From positions 1 to 25,686 of the IMG/VR virus record IMGVR_UViG_3300023266_000006: a DNA stretch of 25,686 bases; one strand, 5' to 3'. Positions 23,944 to 25,686 of the stretch are shown piece after piece. The notes below the pieces were generated by a model. It was not told the DNA's origin. It was given only the letters and a program-made list of their open reading frames with translations, and did not search any database. How positions within the stretch are numbered: the stretch's first letter is position 1; each line of letters opens with the position of its first letter. The stretch is from a virus. Its lineage: Duplodnaviria; Caudoviricetes. Made by a program: the position numbers and the translations under genes.

Positions 23944-25686
23944 TCACCCGAGGGCTCGCCCCCGCGGCTCCGGCACCCGCCACTGATCCCGCCTCGCCGC
24001 CGGCGCCACCCGTCTCCCTCGCCCCCGCTCCCGGGACCGGGCTCGAGGCGCGCTCCGTCTCCACCCGCTCGATCGGGACTGAGCAGTATTCCACTATCCC
24101 CAAGTCTTTCCCGCTGATGGGGCTTCGCTCGCAGGGCACGATCCGGGACGCGCACCGGGCGACCCAAGCCGCGCAGTCGAAGGCCGACGCCCCGCCCGGA
24201 CGCGTCTCCCGCTCGGATCCGAGCCAGTACGAGGAAGCGCTCCTTGGCCAGTATGCGACCCCGCCCTTCGATCTCGACCGACTGACGGACATGCTCTACG
24301 AGTCGGACACCTACGACTCGATCATCCGGCAGTTCGCGCTCGATGCGTGCTCGGGCTGGACCCTGATCGATGCCGCCGAAGGGGCCCCCGATACGAGCCC
24401 CGGCAATCCCTCGACGGGTGACGATACGGCCGCCCGCGAGCAACGGCTTGCCGCCGAGCGGATCCTCGACCAGATGTGCTACGACTTCGACGCGCAGCAC
24501 GTCTCCTTGACCACGTTCTCCCAGTTCCTCGTCAAGGATCGGAAGGCGACGGGGAACGCGCATAACGAGATCGTCAGGGACGAACAAGGCAAGCCCACGC
24601 AGTTGATTCACATCCCGTCGCGCTTGATCCGCCGGGGGCTCGACGGCCGGACCTTCCTCCAGCTGGACGAAATGGGCAGGCCCGCCGCGTTCTTCCGCCG
24701 CTTCGGGGCTGAGATCCAGCCGATCGATCCCACAACCCTGCAATCCGAAACCCCGTGGGCTTACGTGAGCCGCGAAGAGGCGATGACGATTCAGGGTAAT
24801 TTCGGGCCGGGTGAATTGCCGGGCCCGGGGCAGCGGGTCGGCGACTTGAAGCGCGAGCTAACCGACTTCAAGATCTACCACCCGCGCGAGCGCTACTACG
24901 GAATCCCGCCGATTGTCTCGGCCTTCAATTCGCTGGTCGGCAACATCTTTGCGAGCAACCGTAACGTGCGCTTCTTTGTGAACCGGGGGATGCCCGATTG
25001 GCTCGTGATGATCAAGGCATCGTCAGCGGCATTCTCGGATCCTGATACGCGCGAGAACATCATCGACCGGATCCAGAACACGATCGAAGAGCATATGAAG
25101 TACATGATCGAGGGCGAGGATCACCGGACCCTCACGCTCCGGGTCCCGACCGACGGCTACGATGTGGTCTTCGAGAAGCTCGGCGGCGAGCCCAACGATC
25201 AAGAGTGGTCGGGCTACCAGATCGCGAACCGGGACAACATCATCCATGTGTACGGCATGCAGCCCTCGAAGCTCGGGATCAACGAGACGGCTTCGCTCGG
25301 TACGGGCTCGGGGGAGTCGCAGGACGAGACCTACAAGCGTTCGCAAATCGACCCCGAGCAAGCGATACTGGAAGCCTTCTTTGACATCATCCTCGACGAG
25401 CTCGGGTTCGAGGCGATCGATTTCAAGTACGACGAGATCGATATTCTCGACGAGCAGCGGGAAGTGTCGATGCTCGTGGGGGTCGCATCCACGGGGGCGC
25501 TCTCGATCAATGACATTCGTGCGTGGGCTTCGATGATCGTCAAGCATCTCGACTTCCCGCCCGATGACTCCGAGGAAGCGACGATCCCGATACGGTTGCT
25601 CGATCTCCAAACGGCAGGACTCTTGGCGCGCGCCGGTGGGGACGCGGGGAGTGCGATGGCGCTGCCCGGTCAGCGGTCGGGGACGT
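23940..25686 (+). CDS. phage portal protein, PBSX-like, 3'-partial
   Basis: hand-translated (absent from the track, no stop): PPFDLDRL, DRKATGNAHNEIVRD, YHPRERYYGIP, NVRFFVNRGMP, YGMQPSKLGI; AAGGAGG RBS before the GTG. Confidence 0.9.
   Translation, partial: MITRGLAPAAPAPATDPASPPAPPVSLAPAPGTGLEARSVSTRSIGTEQYSTIPKSFPLMGLRSQGTIRDAHRATQAAQSKADAPPGRVSRSDPSQYEEALLGQYATPPFDLDRLTDMLYESDTYDSIIRQFALDACSGWTLIDAAEGAPDTSPGNPSTGDDTAAREQRLAAERILDQMCYDFDAQHVSLTTFSQFLVKDRKATGNAHNEIVRDEQGKPTQLIHIPSRLIRRGLDGRTFLQLDEMGRPAAFFRRFGAEIQPIDPTTLQSETPWAYVSREEAMTIQGNFGPGELPGPGQRVGDLKRELTDFKIYHPRERYYGIPPIVSAFNSLVGNIFASNRNVRFFVNRGMPDWLVMIKASSAAFSDPDTRENIIDRIQNTIEEHMKYMIEGEDHRTLTLRVPTDGYDVVFEKLGGEPNDQEWSGYQIANRDNIIHVYGMQPSKLGINETASLGTGSGESQDETYKRSQIDPEQAILEAFFDIILDELGFEAIDFKYDEIDILDEQREVSMLVGVASTGALSINDIRAWASMIVKHLDFPPDDSEEATIPIRLLDLQTAGLLARAGGDAGSAMALPGQRSGT

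Noticed and set aside
1-25686. CRISPR array, integrase/att site, transposase or reverse transcriptase
   Set aside because: No repeat-spacer array or matching motifs seen; prophage versus free phage cannot be decided from this window.
1-25686. Frequent CGATCG/GCGATCGC (HIP1-like) sites
   Set aside because: Explained by ATC-GAx/GCx codon usage in GC-rich genes; no count against expectation was possible.

Overview
GC-rich tailed-phage or prophage segment; no host genes, integrase, tRNA or CRISPR array were recognised. The leftward arm (<1-7207) holds replication and recombination genes: a single-strand-annealing-like protein, a DUF1376/YdaU-type initiator with an internal iteron-like array, an HNH nuclease, a half DEDDh exonuclease and a RuvC-like resolvase. 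A divergent control region lies at 7208-7657. The rightward arm has many tiny Cys-rich and single-TM genes, an SF2 helicase plus DNA methyltransferase pair, terminase small and large subunits, about 6 kb of accessory cargo (reverse leaderless mini-operon, possible glycoside-hydrolase-like protein, vWA protein, (PE)7-linker beta-rich protein, ParB-like protein) and a PBSX-type portal that runs off the window end. The most notable signal is two similar sigma-54-like (-24/-12) promoters heading the rightward gene blocks. Each has a helically phased upstream repeat pair and one has a well-placed IHF-like site, suggesting the phage couples these genes to host RpoN/enhancer signalling. All family calls come from motif recognition by eye, not database searches.
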